DNA from: a virus
Lineage: Duplodnaviria; Caudoviricetes
Reading direction: 5' to 3' (one strand)
IMG/VR virus record: IMGVR_UViG_3300049988_000118
Span: 1 to 64,000 of that record
DNA: 64,000 nt
Part shown: piece by piece, positions 45,502 through 55,156 of the stretch
How the letters are laid out: every line of letters begins with the position of its first letter
How positions within the stretch are numbered: the first letter of the stretch is position 1
Notes under the pieces: generated by a model
What the model saw: only the letters and a program-made list of their open reading frames with translations
Told to the model about the DNA's origin: nothing
Database searches by the model: none
Translations under genes and position numbers: made by a program

Positions 45502-46289
45502 GCCTCGTCGCCTACGCGATCCGAACCTGCCTCGGAGCGGCCTTGGTGAACCGGACCCTCGCCGAGGGCCGGGTCTACGATTCCGCCGTCCAGGCCATTG
45601 ACGAGATGATCAAGCCGGGCGTGAAGCCCTTCATTGTCATCTCGACGGACGACGAGGAATACGACCTCCAGGGCTGGCAGCTTCTCGACGCCAGCCGCGC
45701 CGTCAACGTCGTCATTGAGATCGCCGTCGGCGGCATCACGGCGGTCGACCTCCCGGCCGAGGAGGGCGGGGGTCAGGCGATGCGCCTCGACATTCCCCAC
45801 ACCGACGAGGGCCTCGAGACCTCGCTCAACATGATCGGCCGGCAGGTCTTCCGTGAGATCCTCGTCGGCGGCCCATGGTCGGACCTGCTGCGCAGCATCG
45901 TCTTCATGCCGAAGAAGATGACCGTCCGCCGGGGCGCCAACGCCGAAGGTGGCGTGCGCTTCGCGGCGCGCCAGTACGTCATCACGGCCGACACCATCGC
46001 CGAGCCGGACTTCGGCATCGAGGCCGAGGGGCATTTCGCGCGCCTGCTGGACATGATGCGCGCCGATCCGCGCCTCGCCGGCGACGTCCCGCTCCTTGAG
46101 ACCATGATCGTCGGCGACGTTCTCCCGGACTGGCGCCGCATACAGGCCGATCTCGGCCTCACAGACGCGTCCTACCTCGCCCTGGGCCTCGGCCCGCTGT
46201 TCCGGGAGGTCGGCGAGCCGCTGGCCCAGCGCTTCACCCTTCGCGGCCAGAGCCGCGCCACCGTCGTCGAGGCCGAGCTTACGCCGTGA
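45498..46289 (+). CDS. Putative tail completion/terminator protein
   Basis: NRTLAEGRVYDS, FIVISTD pattern; neck position. Confidence 0.55.
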   Translation: MSLVAYAIRTCLGAALVNRTLAEGRVYDSAVQAIDEMIKPGVKPFIVISTDDEEYDLQGWQLLDASRAVNVVIEIAVGGITAVDLPAEEGGGQAMRLDIPHTDEGLETSLNMIGRQVFREILVGGPWSDLLRSIVFMPKKMTVRRGANAEGGVRFAARQYVITADTIAEPDFGIEAEGHFARLLDMMRADPRLAGDVPLLETMIVGDVLPDWRRIQADLGLTDASYLALGLGPLFREVGEPLAQRFTLRGQSRATVVEAELTP

Positions 46290-46885
46290 GCGACTTCGAC
46301 GATCTCCTCCGGGCTCACCTGAAGCTGCAGCACACCGTCGAGGAGCTGCGCCACCAGGCGGCCACCATGCTGCGCGTCGGCACCATCAAGGAGGTCGACG
46401 GCAAGAAGGGCTACCAGGTCGAATTCGGCAACGATGACGACGGAAAGCCCCTCCCGAGCGCGTGGTTTCCGCATCCCGAGCAGGGCGGCGCCTTCAAGAC
46501 GTGGCGGCCCCTGACCAAGGGGCAGATCGTTCACGTGTTCGCCCCGGGCGGCGACCAGCGTCAGGCGCACATCATTCCGAAGGGCGGCTTCTCCGACGAG
46601 AACCCGCAGCCGTCCGAGAAGCTCGATGAGAACGTCGAGACCTACGGCAAGGTGCGCACGACTTGGAGCGCGGACGGCACGAAGAAAGAAGTCGGCGACA
46701 AGGTCTCGGTCACCACCACGACCGAGAGCAGCACCGTCAAGACCGAGAACGCCGGGCACGTCACCGGCAAGGACAACGTCGTCGCGTCCGCCGGAGCCAG
46801 CACCCACACCGTCGACCCAAAGCGGGTCGTCGCCGATGCGTCGCTGTTCCGGGCGACGCGCAAGGTCATCCTGGCGAGCGGCTGA
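46286..46885 (+). CDS. Baseplate assembly protein V (spike)
   Basis: LRVGTIKEVD, WRPLTKGQIVHVFAPGGD OB fold, beta-helix C-terminus. Confidence 0.85.
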   Translation: MSDFDDLLRAHLKLQHTVEELRHQAATMLRVGTIKEVDGKKGYQVEFGNDDDGKPLPSAWFPHPEQGGAFKTWRPLTKGQIVHVFAPGGDQRQAHIIPKGGFSDENPQPSEKLDENVETYGKVRTTWSADGTKKEVGDKVSVTTTTESSTVKTENAGHVTGKDNVVASAGASTHTVDPKRVVADASLFRATRKVILASG

Positions 46886-46888
46886 ACC

Positions 46889-47662
46889 ATGCCTATCGAG
46901 CTGCCCGCCGTCCTTAAGTTGCTCAACGGCAACCCGCTGATGAAGGTCAAGCAGGTCATCGGCGAGCACCTGCCCCTCACCAAGTCGCTCGACGGCGGAG
47001 CCGGCCTCGATGGGCTGGTGTCGAAGGTCATGTCTGGCGGTCTTGCATCCGTAATCCCGAACCCGATGGCGGCCATCACCGGCCAGCTTCAAGGCGTCCT
47101 CGGCAGCGCGGCGGGCCAGATCACCGGCTCGCTGGGCGAGGGCGGGGCCGGCTTGGTTTCGGCCCTCACCGGCGCGGGCGGTCTCGGCGGCGCCGTATCC
47201 GGCCTCGCCTCGGCCGGCAACGGCTTGCTCAGCGCCTCCGGCATCCTCTCCGTCGTCGGGCACGCCGGTGTCGCCGACATGGCTGGCGCCGCCCTGCCGG
47301 GTGGTCTCGGCATCGCCACCGTCCTCGGCCCGCTCAACGCCGATGCGGCGGTCGGCGGCATTACGCAGTGGGTGCCCTCAATGGTCGCTCAGGTCATCAA
47401 CGGCACCCTGCCGGTGGACACCGCCATCGCTCAGGTCGAGGCGCATACCGCGACCCTGACCGGCATCACCAGCGCCAGCGCGACGGCGCTCGCGACCGTC
47501 GAGGCCATGGCGCCCAACCTCGCGGCGGTCTCCACCGTGGCGGCCGCCCTGGTCGCTGCGCCCGCCGAGATCCGCGCCGTCTTCGAACGGGCCATCGCCC
47601 CCGAGGATCTTGCGACGATGCGCGCGTCCGTCGCCGGCCACTCCGCCGAACCCCAAGACTGA
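46889..47662 (+). CDS. Gly/Ala-rich hypothetical baseplate-region protein
   Basis: 257-aa ORF between gpV and gpW. Confidence 0.6.
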   Translation: MPIELPAVLKLLNGNPLMKVKQVIGEHLPLTKSLDGGAGLDGLVSKVMSGGLASVIPNPMAAITGQLQGVLGSAAGQITGSLGEGGAGLVSALTGAGGLGGAVSGLASAGNGLLSASGILSVVGHAGVADMAGAALPGGLGIATVLGPLNADAAVGGITQWVPSMVAQVINGTLPVDTAIAQVEAHTATLTGITSASATALATVEAMAPNLAAVSTVAAALVAAPAEIRAVFERAIAPEDLATMRASVAGHSAEPQD

Positions 47663-47676
47663 TCGGGAGACCCCCC

Positions 47677-47946
47677 ATGTCGAAGAAGACCTACCGGGTT
47701 GGCGAAGGCGCCAACTTCGAAGCACTCCCCCGTGGCACCAAGGTCGGCGACGAGATCCGGCTGAGCCCGGCCGCCGCGATGTACGAGGTCGACATGGGCC
47801 GCATCATCGACGTCGAAGCCGAGGCAGCTGCCGCCAGCGAGCCCCACGCCGCCGAAACCGACGGCATCGAGAAGACGCCCGTCGAGGGCGATACCCTCGC
47901 CGTCCCCGAGGACGAGGCCATCGCGTCGAAGTCCCGGCGCCGCTGA
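47677..47946 (+). CDS. Small hypothetical protein
   Basis: GGAG RBS; 89 aa. Confidence 0.55.
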   Translation: MSKKTYRVGEGANFEALPRGTKVGDEIRLSPAAAMYEVDMGRIIDVEAEAAAASEPHAAETDGIEKTPVEGDTLAVPEDEAIASKSRRR

Positions 47947-47949
47947 TCC

Positions 47950-48360
47950 ATGACCTCGCACGGCCTCGACCGGTTCACCGGGCGCCATCTGTCTGGTTGG
48001 GCGCACGTGCTGCAATCGGTCGACGTCATCTTCGAGACGGAGATCGGCAGCCGCATGATGCTCCGGCACTTCGGCGGCGGCCTGCGGCGCATGCTCGGCC
48101 GTCGGATCACGCCGGACGTCCTGGCCCTGGCCGCTTCGATCTTCGCGCTGTCGATCGCGATCTGGGAGCCGCGCCTGCGCGTCGTGCGCGTGGTGGTGGC
48201 GCCCTCGGTCGAAGAGGTCCGGCAGGGCACCGTCTCCTTCATCATGCAGGTCGCCTACCGGCCGAACGGCCACCGCGGCGATCCCACCGAGGAGGTCGCC
48301 TACATCGGCGTCGGGTTCGATGACGCCGGCGACCTCACCACCATGGCGGTGCCGGCATGA
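47950..48360 (+). CDS. Baseplate wedge gpW/gp25 family
   Basis: GLDRFTGRHL, QSVDVIFETEIGSRMMLRHFG, WEPRL. Confidence 0.9.
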   Translation: MTSHGLDRFTGRHLSGWAHVLQSVDVIFETEIGSRMMLRHFGGGLRRMLGRRITPDVLALAASIFALSIAIWEPRLRVVRVVVAPSVEEVRQGTVSFIMQVAYRPNGHRGDPTEEVAYIGVGFDDAGDLTTMAVPA

Positions 48361-49223
48361 GCACGACCCTCACCGACCTGCAGAACCTGCCTGCGCCGAA
48401 CCTCCTTCAGCCGGTCGATCACGCCGCTGCGCTCGCCGCCCGCCTTGACCGCCTCGTCGCGCTGCTGACCGAGGCCGGCATCCCGTTCGACGTCGAGAAC
48501 CTGAAGACCGACCCCCTCGTCATCACCGAGGAGGCCGGCGCCTACCGTGACACGCTCCAGGCCCAGGCGATCAACGACGCGGCCCGCCAGCTGCTCGTCG
48601 CCTTCGCCCGCGGGACCAACCTCGACCACCGCGGCGCCGGTGTCTCCACCCCGCGCCTGCCGGCCGAGACCGACGACCACTACCGCGAGCGCATCGCCAA
48701 CGCCCTGGAGCGCCCGTCCACTGCCGGATCCGCCGCGGGCTACCGCGAGCATGCCAAGGCCGCCGACCCGGACGTGTTCGATGTCGCCATCGTGCGTCCC
48801 GGCCCGCCCCGGGTCAGGGTCTACGTGCTCGGGTACGCCGGCGCGCCTACATCCGCGACGCTGGCCGCCGTCACCGCCGCCGTGTCCGCCGAGGATGTGC
48901 GCCCGATGAACGACGTGGTTGAGGTCCTGGCGGCCGACGTCGTCGCGATCACGGTCACCGGCACCTACGACCTCTATCCCGGCGCCGACGCGGGCAGCGT
49001 GAAGGCGGCGGGTGATGCCGGAATCGCCGCGTACTTCACCCGGCACTTCGCGCTCGGTCACGACATCACCCTCCCGGGCGTCATCGCCGCCGGCACCGTG
49101 GCCGGCGTGAAGAGCTTCCGGCCGCTCCTCGACGGTTCGGCCGACGACATCGTCCTCGATGGCACCCAGGCGCCGATCCTCGGCACGCTCGCCACCACCG
49201 TGAGCCCGATCCGCGATGTCTGA
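48357..49223 (+). CDS. Baseplate J family protein
   Basis: LPAPNLLQ, ARGTNLDH, ETDDHYRERI, TAGSAAGY, VRPMND. Confidence 0.92.
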   Translation: MSTTLTDLQNLPAPNLLQPVDHAAALAARLDRLVALLTEAGIPFDVENLKTDPLVITEEAGAYRDTLQAQAINDAARQLLVAFARGTNLDHRGAGVSTPRLPAETDDHYRERIANALERPSTAGSAAGYREHAKAADPDVFDVAIVRPGPPRVRVYVLGYAGAPTSATLAAVTAAVSAEDVRPMNDVVEVLAADVVAITVTGTYDLYPGADAGSVKAAGDAGIAAYFTRHFALGHDITLPGVIAAGTVAGVKSFRPLLDGSADDIVLDGTQAPILGTLATTVSPIRDV

Positions 49224-50373
49224 GGCCGTCGCCCACCTTCTCCCGCCGGAGAGTTCGACGCCGCTCGAGCGCGCGCTGTCGGTCATCGATGGCGAGCGCC
49301 TAGCGCTTTACCCCCCGGCCCGGCTTCTCGACGTCCTCGACCCAGCCACGTGCCCGGCGGCCTTCCTCCCAGCCCTGGCCTACGAGAGTTCGGTCGAGGA
49401 GGAATGGCATCTCGCGACGACCGAGGCGCAGCAGCGCGCGCTGATCGCCAACGCCTACGCCCTGAACACGAAGAAAGGCACGCCGTTCGCGATCAAGCGC
49501 GGGCTCGCCGTCATCGGTTATCCGGGTGTCACCCTGGTGGAGGGCTTCCCCGCCCTCGCGCACGACGCGGCGATCCTGAAGCGCAACGGCCGGGTCAGCT
49601 ACAATTCGGACGGCCGCTGGGCGCTGTTCGATGTCCGTGTGCCCCTGACGGGCGACCAGGCCTTCGACGACCCCGAGCGCCTGCGCGTCCTGCGCGGCAT
49701 CGAGATCTGGCAGCGCGCCGCCTGCTACCTGCGCGCCCTCAGCCTCACCACCATCCTCACCGTCATCCGCCCGGAGGCGGCCAGCGCCCTCCTGCGCGCG
49801 CATGTCGGGCTCCACCTCACCACCCGCCGCGACACGCCGCGCGACGGTCGCTTCCGGCGGGCCGGCCTGCGCCGCATTCGATACGACGGCGCGGTCGCGC
49901 ATGATGGCGCGCCGATTCGCGACGGCGCCGCGCTGCCCCTGGCCGGCGACGTTCTGCGCTTTGGCGTCCAGCAGATTGATCCGCGCTTCGGCGTCCACCT
50001 TCAGGTGACGCAGGCGCGCCCGGCGTCGATCCGATTCGATGCCGCCATCCGCCGCGATGGCAGCCTCCCCCGGGGCTACACCGGCGCGCTGATGCGCCGG
50101 CATCGTCGATCCGACCTCGGCGGGTTCTCGGTGGTCGCCCTGCGGCCGACCCTGCGCGATGGCTCGGCCCTCTTCGGCGGCGCCCTCCAGCGCGGCACAG
50201 GCGTGCCGGCGGCGTCCACCGACCTGCGCATGCATCGCCTGCTGCGCCACGACGGCAAGCGGCTCCGCAGCGGCCAGACCTACGACGGGATCGCGGCGCG
50301 TGCCGGCGCCCTCCACCGCGACACGGCCCCCCGCTTCACGGCCACCGGCCGCATCACCGCGAGCGTCCCATGA
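49216..50373 (+). CDS. P2 gpI-like tail protein
   Basis: LLPPESSTPLERAL, DPATCPAAFLPALA, KKGTPFAIKRGL. Confidence 0.88.
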   Translation: MSEAVAHLLPPESSTPLERALSVIDGERLALYPPARLLDVLDPATCPAAFLPALAYESSVEEEWHLATTEAQQRALIANAYALNTKKGTPFAIKRGLAVIGYPGVTLVEGFPALAHDAAILKRNGRVSYNSDGRWALFDVRVPLTGDQAFDDPERLRVLRGIEIWQRAACYLRALSLTTILTVIRPEAASALLRAHVGLHLTTRRDTPRDGRFRRAGLRRIRYDGAVAHDGAPIRDGAALPLAGDVLRFGVQQIDPRFGVHLQVTQARPASIRFDAAIRRDGSLPRGYTGALMRRHRRSDLGGFSVVALRPTLRDGSALFGGALQRGTGVPAASTDLRMHRLLRHDGKRLRSGQTYDGIAARAGALHRDTAPRFTATGRITASVP

Positions 50374-50720
50374 TCTACCGCGCCTATTACGACGCCCTGC
50401 GCCGGCTCCTCGGGGACGGCAACCTCGCCAAGCAGGTGACGCACATCGGCTTCGGCTCGTCGGCCGCTTCGCCGAACGCCGAGGTCTCCACGCTCACCAC
50501 CCCGGTGCTGACCCCGATCGCCGCCGTCGTTCACCACCCCACCGACACGCGCCGGACGGCCTTCCACTTCCTGCTGCCCCTCGACGAAGGCGTGGGCCTG
50601 ACCATCCGCGAGATCGGACTTCTCACCGCCGACGGCACCCTCGTCTACCGCGAGGTCCGGGCGCCCATCACGAAGACCGCCGACATGGAGTTCGGCGACG
50701 TCCTCAACCTTCAGGTCTGA
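50370..50720 (+). CDS. Baseplate-proximal tail fibre base protein
   Basis: HIGFGS, IREIGLLTADGTL, PITKT motifs typical of fibre N-termini. Confidence 0.7.
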   Translation: MIYRAYYDALRRLLGDGNLAKQVTHIGFGSSAASPNAEVSTLTTPVLTPIAAVVHHPTDTRRTAFHFLLPLDEGVGLTIREIGLLTADGTLVYREVRAPITKTADMEFGDVLNLQV

Positions 50721-50733
50721 CGAGGAACCCATC

Positions 50734-53700
50734 ATGGATTACCTGCCCCCCGTGTCCGATCCGGCGTTCCGCGATGTGTCGATCCTCGGCGTCGACGAGC
50801 CCGTGCTCGGCGGATTCGACGGCGTCGACAACCGGCCCCACCGTGAGCTCGCCGAACGCGACGACTTCCTGCTGGCCAAGGCCAAGGGCCAGGACGAGCT
50901 GATCAAGCTGCTCAAGGCGCAGGTCGACAGCCTGAACCTGAACTCGTCCTCGGCCGTCCGCACCGCCGTTCTGCTCAACTGGCTCTACGGCGACGCCTCG
51001 CCGAGCTTCGAGTTGTGGGGGGCCGGCTTCTCCTGGCGGGACATCGCCCCCATCGCCATCACGGCCACGGTCGCCGGCGACGACACGGTCGACGTGGTCT
51101 CCACCGCCGGCCTGATCCAGGGCCGGACCTACTGCATCGTCAACCCGGCCGGCGTGCAGCTGGAGACCGTCAAGGTCTCCGTGATCCTCACCGCCACCCG
51201 CTTCCGGGCCGAACTCAACCTCGCGAACTCTCTCAATGCCCAGAGCGGCGCCGTCGTCGCCCGCACCGCCGCCCAGGTCCTCGACGGCTACGCCGTCTTC
51301 AGCCACGGCGACCACTTCTACAGCCGCGTCATCGATGAGCTGCGCGCGCAGACCAGCGGCCAGCTCGTGCTGCGCCGCTCGGCCGACGGCATCGGCACCT
51401 TCGCCGTCTCCTACCGCGCCGCCGGCTCGGAGGCCTGGGCGCTCGCGCCGCTGGCCAGCACCGCGTCCCGCGCCGCCAACACCCGCGACGAGACCTTCAC
51501 CATCGGCATCGGCGGCCGGATCGAGCTGCGCATCGTCTACACCGCCCCGGCCGGCAACCTCACCGCCACCGATCGCGTCGAGCACATGGCCCTCCTGCCA
51601 CCGTCGCGCGCAGACGCGGCCTCGGCCGTGTCGCGCCCGTCGAACGTCTCCCCGGCGGATCAGGCGGCCAACGTCGGCCAGACCCCGACCCTGACCGGCT
51701 CGGCCTTCCTGAGCCTCTACGGCCTCGCCCAGGCCGGTGCCGAGTTCCGAGTGTCGCGTAACCCGTCGATGTCGGACCTGGTGTTCAACTCGTCGACGGA
51801 TTTCCTCGCGGCGTGGCTCGCCGTGTCGGGCCAGTCGACGTCGTTCGCCGACCTCGTCGCCACCGGCCCAAAGGCTTTCACCGCCATCGCCAACGCCGTG
51901 TCGATCCGGACCACGGATGGCGGCCTGACCTGGGCCACGGGCACCGTCACGGGCGACCTGCGCCGGGTCCATGCCGACCCCGCCGCCAACCTGCTCGCGG
52001 CCGTTGGCGCATCCGGCGCGATTCGCACCTCGGCCGACCTCGGCCTGAGCTACACCACCCGCACCCCGGCCAACTCCTACACCGGCACCTTCGCGGGCGT
52101 GTTCGTGCGCGGCGCCTTCGTCACCGTGGTCGGCGACGCCGGTACGATCCAGCGCTCGATCAACGGCGGCGCCATCTTCAACGCCGTGACCCAGGCGGCC
52201 GCCTACGCCGGCACATTCACGGATCTCGCCGGCGACGCCAACGGCAACCTCATCGCCGTGGGCTCGGCCGGCGAGATCCAGACGTCCAGCAACGACGGCC
52301 AGACGTGGACCCACCGCAACAGCCCGGGCGGCTACGCGGGGGCCTATCAGGCCGTCTCCATGGATGACCTCGGCAACGCCGTCGCGGTCGGCGCCAACGG
52401 CGCGGTCCACACCTCGGCCGACTATGGCGCGACCTGGACCGCCCGGGCGGCGGCCGGGGCCTTCGCCGGCACGTTCTACGGCGTTGCGATCCGGGGCAAG
52501 CGCGTGGTCGTCGTCGGCACCGGCGGCGAGATCCAGACCTCGAACGACCTTGGCGCGACGTGGGTCAAGCGGGCGGCCGGCGGTGGCGCCACGGCGCAGA
52601 TCAACGCGGTGGCGCTCGATGCCAACGCCTATGGCCTCGCCGTCGGTGCTGCTGGCCTCGTCCAGCGCACCAACCGCGTCGACAGCGCCACCACCACGTA
52701 CACCGTTCCGGCCGGGACCGACTTCCTCCAGACCAACGCCGTCTACTGGTGGCAGGTCCGGTATCAGGACACGGCGGGGGCCTACTCGCCGTGGTCGGTG
52801 CCGACCGCCTTCGCCACCATGGCGGTGTTCAACTACGTCGCCGCCCCGTCCAATCTGTCGCCGGCCGCCGGGGACACCGGCGTGTCGCTCCTGCCGACCC
52901 TCCAGTCCTCGGCCTTCGCCTTCGTCGGCGCGGCCGACACGCACAGCCGGAGCCAGTGGCAGATCGCGAGCGCCGCGAGCTTCGCCTCGGTGTTCTACGA
53001 CAGCGGCGAGGTCACCGATCTCACCGCGCACACCGTCGCGTCGAACGGCCTCCTGGCCTCGCAGGCGACCTACTTCTGGCGCGTCCGGCACAAGGGCACG
53101 AACAACGGCTACGGCGCCTGGTCGGAGCCGACGAGCTTCACGGCGCAGGCCCGGCCGAGCAAGCCCGCGATCACGGCGCCGACGGACGGCGCCACGGGCG
53201 TCGCTCTGGCACCGACGCTCACCAGCTCGGCGTTCTCCATGCCGGGCGGCGGCACCCATAGCCGTTCGCAGTGGCAGGTGTCCCAGCTGTCATCGTTCGC
53301 CTCCGTCTTCCACGACAGCGGCGACGTGACCAGCCTGACGGCCTACACCCTGCCGGCCGGCACCCTCGCGCTCAAGACGACGTACTATGCCCGGGTCCGG
53401 CACAAGGAGACCGGCGGCACTTACAGCGCTTGGTCGAACGTGGTCGGGTTCACCACGATCCAGGCGGCACAGGTCGCGGACCTTTTCAACGCCAACGTCC
53501 GCAACGGTACAGGCGGCGTCGCCAGCATCTACACTGGCGTCGATCTGACCTCGGCTGGCGGGCTCATCATCTCGGCGAACCGCATTCCGCCCTCGACCAT
53601 CGCTAACGGCCCCAACTCGATCGTGGCTGTCGACACGGTGCGGGGCATCGCCCCGCTCGGGACCAACACGTCCATCCTCGACCTGACGTACACGAACCCC

Positions 53701-54426
53701 GAGCAGTCCAACGCAGACTTCCTCGGTAGCCTTACGGCTACGGGCTTTTCGGCCGGCTCCATCGCCAGCATGAACGGCAAGCCGTACCTCGATCTGACCT
53801 TCAAGCAGGCCCCCAAGTTCTTCAAGGTAGTGCAGGTCAACCACGTGGCAGGGACGGCCGATGCCGTCGATCTGTCGAGCCTCGGGACCCCAGGGTTCAT
53901 CCTGGCCCGCAGCCGAAACTTCGGCTTCGCGGAGCAGGTCGAGGCGACGTGGTACGCGTGGCACCGTGGTCTCGCCACTGGCGAGACGATCCCCTTCGCC
54001 GACGGCGGCGTGAAGCAGAACAACAACCTGTTGCGCGTGAACGCCGGCACGCTCGTGCTGAGCGCCAGCCTCCCGACCGGGAACTACATGGTCTACGGCT
54101 GGGCTCATGATCCGGACGACGCGACCGGCATCGTGAAGTGCCTGAGCTTCTCGACCAACGCGTCGGGCGCTGCCGCCGTCCCGACGGGGTGGGGCAACAA
54201 TGCCCAGCTCGCCCTGATCAAGCGCGTCAACGGCGGGAATATCGAGCTGTTCGACACGGCTCGCTCTCCCGGCTTCACCGGGCAGGACAAGTCGCTCCGG
54301 TTCTACCAGGGCGAGCCCGAGTTCAGCAGCGACCGTCTCAGCATCGGCGCCGACGGCATCCTGAACGTGCAGAACACCCAGCCGAGCAGCGATTTTATCG
54401 CGATGTTCGTCCGGGCGGCCTCCTGA
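50734..54426 (+). CDS. Tail fibre / receptor-binding protein (FN3-like repeats + BNR beta-propeller)
   Basis: N-terminal NRPHRELAERDDFL anchor; repeated S.D.G.TW (BNR) units; three P.N.SP...W.VR..WS modules. Confidence 0.85.
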   Translation: MDYLPPVSDPAFRDVSILGVDEPVLGGFDGVDNRPHRELAERDDFLLAKAKGQDELIKLLKAQVDSLNLNSSSAVRTAVLLNWLYGDASPSFELWGAGFSWRDIAPIAITATVAGDDTVDVVSTAGLIQGRTYCIVNPAGVQLETVKVSVILTATRFRAELNLANSLNAQSGAVVARTAAQVLDGYAVFSHGDHFYSRVIDELRAQTSGQLVLRRSADGIGTFAVSYRAAGSEAWALAPLASTASRAANTRDETFTIGIGGRIELRIVYTAPAGNLTATDRVEHMALLPPSRADAASAVSRPSNVSPADQAANVGQTPTLTGSAFLSLYGLAQAGAEFRVSRNPSMSDLVFNSSTDFLAAWLAVSGQSTSFADLVATGPKAFTAIANAVSIRTTDGGLTWATGTVTGDLRRVHADPAANLLAAVGASGAIRTSADLGLSYTTRTPANSYTGTFAGVFVRGAFVTVVGDAGTIQRSINGGAIFNAVTQAAAYAGTFTDLAGDANGNLIAVGSAGEIQTSSNDGQTWTHRNSPGGYAGAYQAVSMDDLGNAVAVGANGAVHTSADYGATWTARAAAGAFAGTFYGVAIRGKRVVVVGTGGEIQTSNDLGATWVKRAAGGGATAQINAVALDANAYGLAVGAAGLVQRTNRVDSATTTYTVPAGTDFLQTNAVYWWQVRYQDTAGAYSPWSVPTAFATMAVFNYVAAPSNLSPAAGDTGVSLLPTLQSSAFAFVGAADTHSRSQWQIASAASFASVFYDSGEVTDLTAHTVASNGLLASQATYFWRVRHKGTNNGYGAWSEPTSFTAQARPSKPAITAPTDGATGVALAPTLTSSAFSMPGGGTHSRSQWQVSQLSSFASVFHDSGDVTSLTAYTLPAGTLALKTTYYARVRHKETGGTYSAWSNVVGFTTIQAAQVADLFNANVRNGTGGVASIYTGVDLTSAGGLIISANRIPPSTIANGPNSIVAVDTVRGIAPLGTNTSILDLTYTNPEQSNADFLGSLTATGFSAGSIASMNGKPYLDLTFKQAPKFFKVVQVNHVAGTADAVDLSSLGTPGFILARSRNFGFAEQVEATWYAWHRGLATGETIPFADGGVKQNNNLLRVNAGTLVLSASLPTGNYMVYGWAHDPDDATGIVKCLSFSTNASGAAAVPTGWGNNAQLALIKRVNGGNIELFDTARSPGFTGQDKSLRFYQGEPEFSSDRLSIGADGILNVQNTQPSSDFIAMFVRAAS

Positions 54427-54460
54427 CCCTCATGACGAGCAACAGAGAAGGACGGATCGC

Positions 54461-55066
54461 ATGAGCGACGGCATGTACTATCTGGCGACGCTGGCCAACC
54501 CGGCGCCGCAGGCGCTCCCGCCGGTGTTCGCGGGGCGCTACGACCTGCGCGCCCTCGACGACAACGCGCTGGCGCGCATCGCCTGGGTCCGGGCGGCGCC
54601 CCCGACCGTCGACCCCGACTTCGAGCGGGTCGCGGTCGCGTTCGCCGAGGGTGAGGACGGCTGGCAGGCAACCTACAGCGTCGTGCCGGTCGACCTGCCC
54701 CAGGCGCTCGACAACGCCTTCCGGCTGCTCGCCACGCGCGCGTGGATGGCCGAGGTCGGCGGAATGACCTTCAACGGCGCCACCATCCCGACCGACCGCG
54801 AGGTGACGCAGCCCCGCGCGATCAGCGTCGGCATCGCCGCTCAGAACGATCCGGACCTCACCGTCACCAACTGGAAGCTCGCTCCGGGCGTGTTCCTCAC
54901 CCTCGACAATGCTCGGCTGATCGAACTCGGCAAAGCCATGTCCGCCCACGTCCAGGCCCGGTTCGACCGCGAGGCCGCGATCACCAAGCTCCTGCAGGCC
55001 AAGAAGAAGACCGAGAGCATCAGCGCGACCCTCGCCGAAGAGCTCGACAAGGGCTGGCCGGCCTAA
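54461..55066 (+). CDS. DUF4376-type tail fibre assembly protein
   Basis: EVGGMTFNG..IPTDR, NWKLAPGVFLTLD, HVQARFDREA. Confidence 0.75.
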   Translation: MSDGMYYLATLANPAPQALPPVFAGRYDLRALDDNALARIAWVRAAPPTVDPDFERVAVAFAEGEDGWQATYSVVPVDLPQALDNAFRLLATRAWMAEVGGMTFNGATIPTDREVTQPRAISVGIAAQNDPDLTVTNWKLAPGVFLTLDNARLIELGKAMSAHVQARFDREAAITKLLQAKKKTESISATLAEELDKGWPA

Positions 55067-55156
55067 GGCCGCCCGACACCACCACGCTCAACCCGCGATC
55101 CCTCTCGTCTCCCCTGCCGCTTCGCCGGTGGGGTCTCTCACCGTGGAGACAGCATC

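Noticed and set aside
50734-55066. Diversity-generating retroelement or invertible fibre cassette
   Set aside because: No reverse transcriptase, template/variable repeat pair, or invertase was found in the window.
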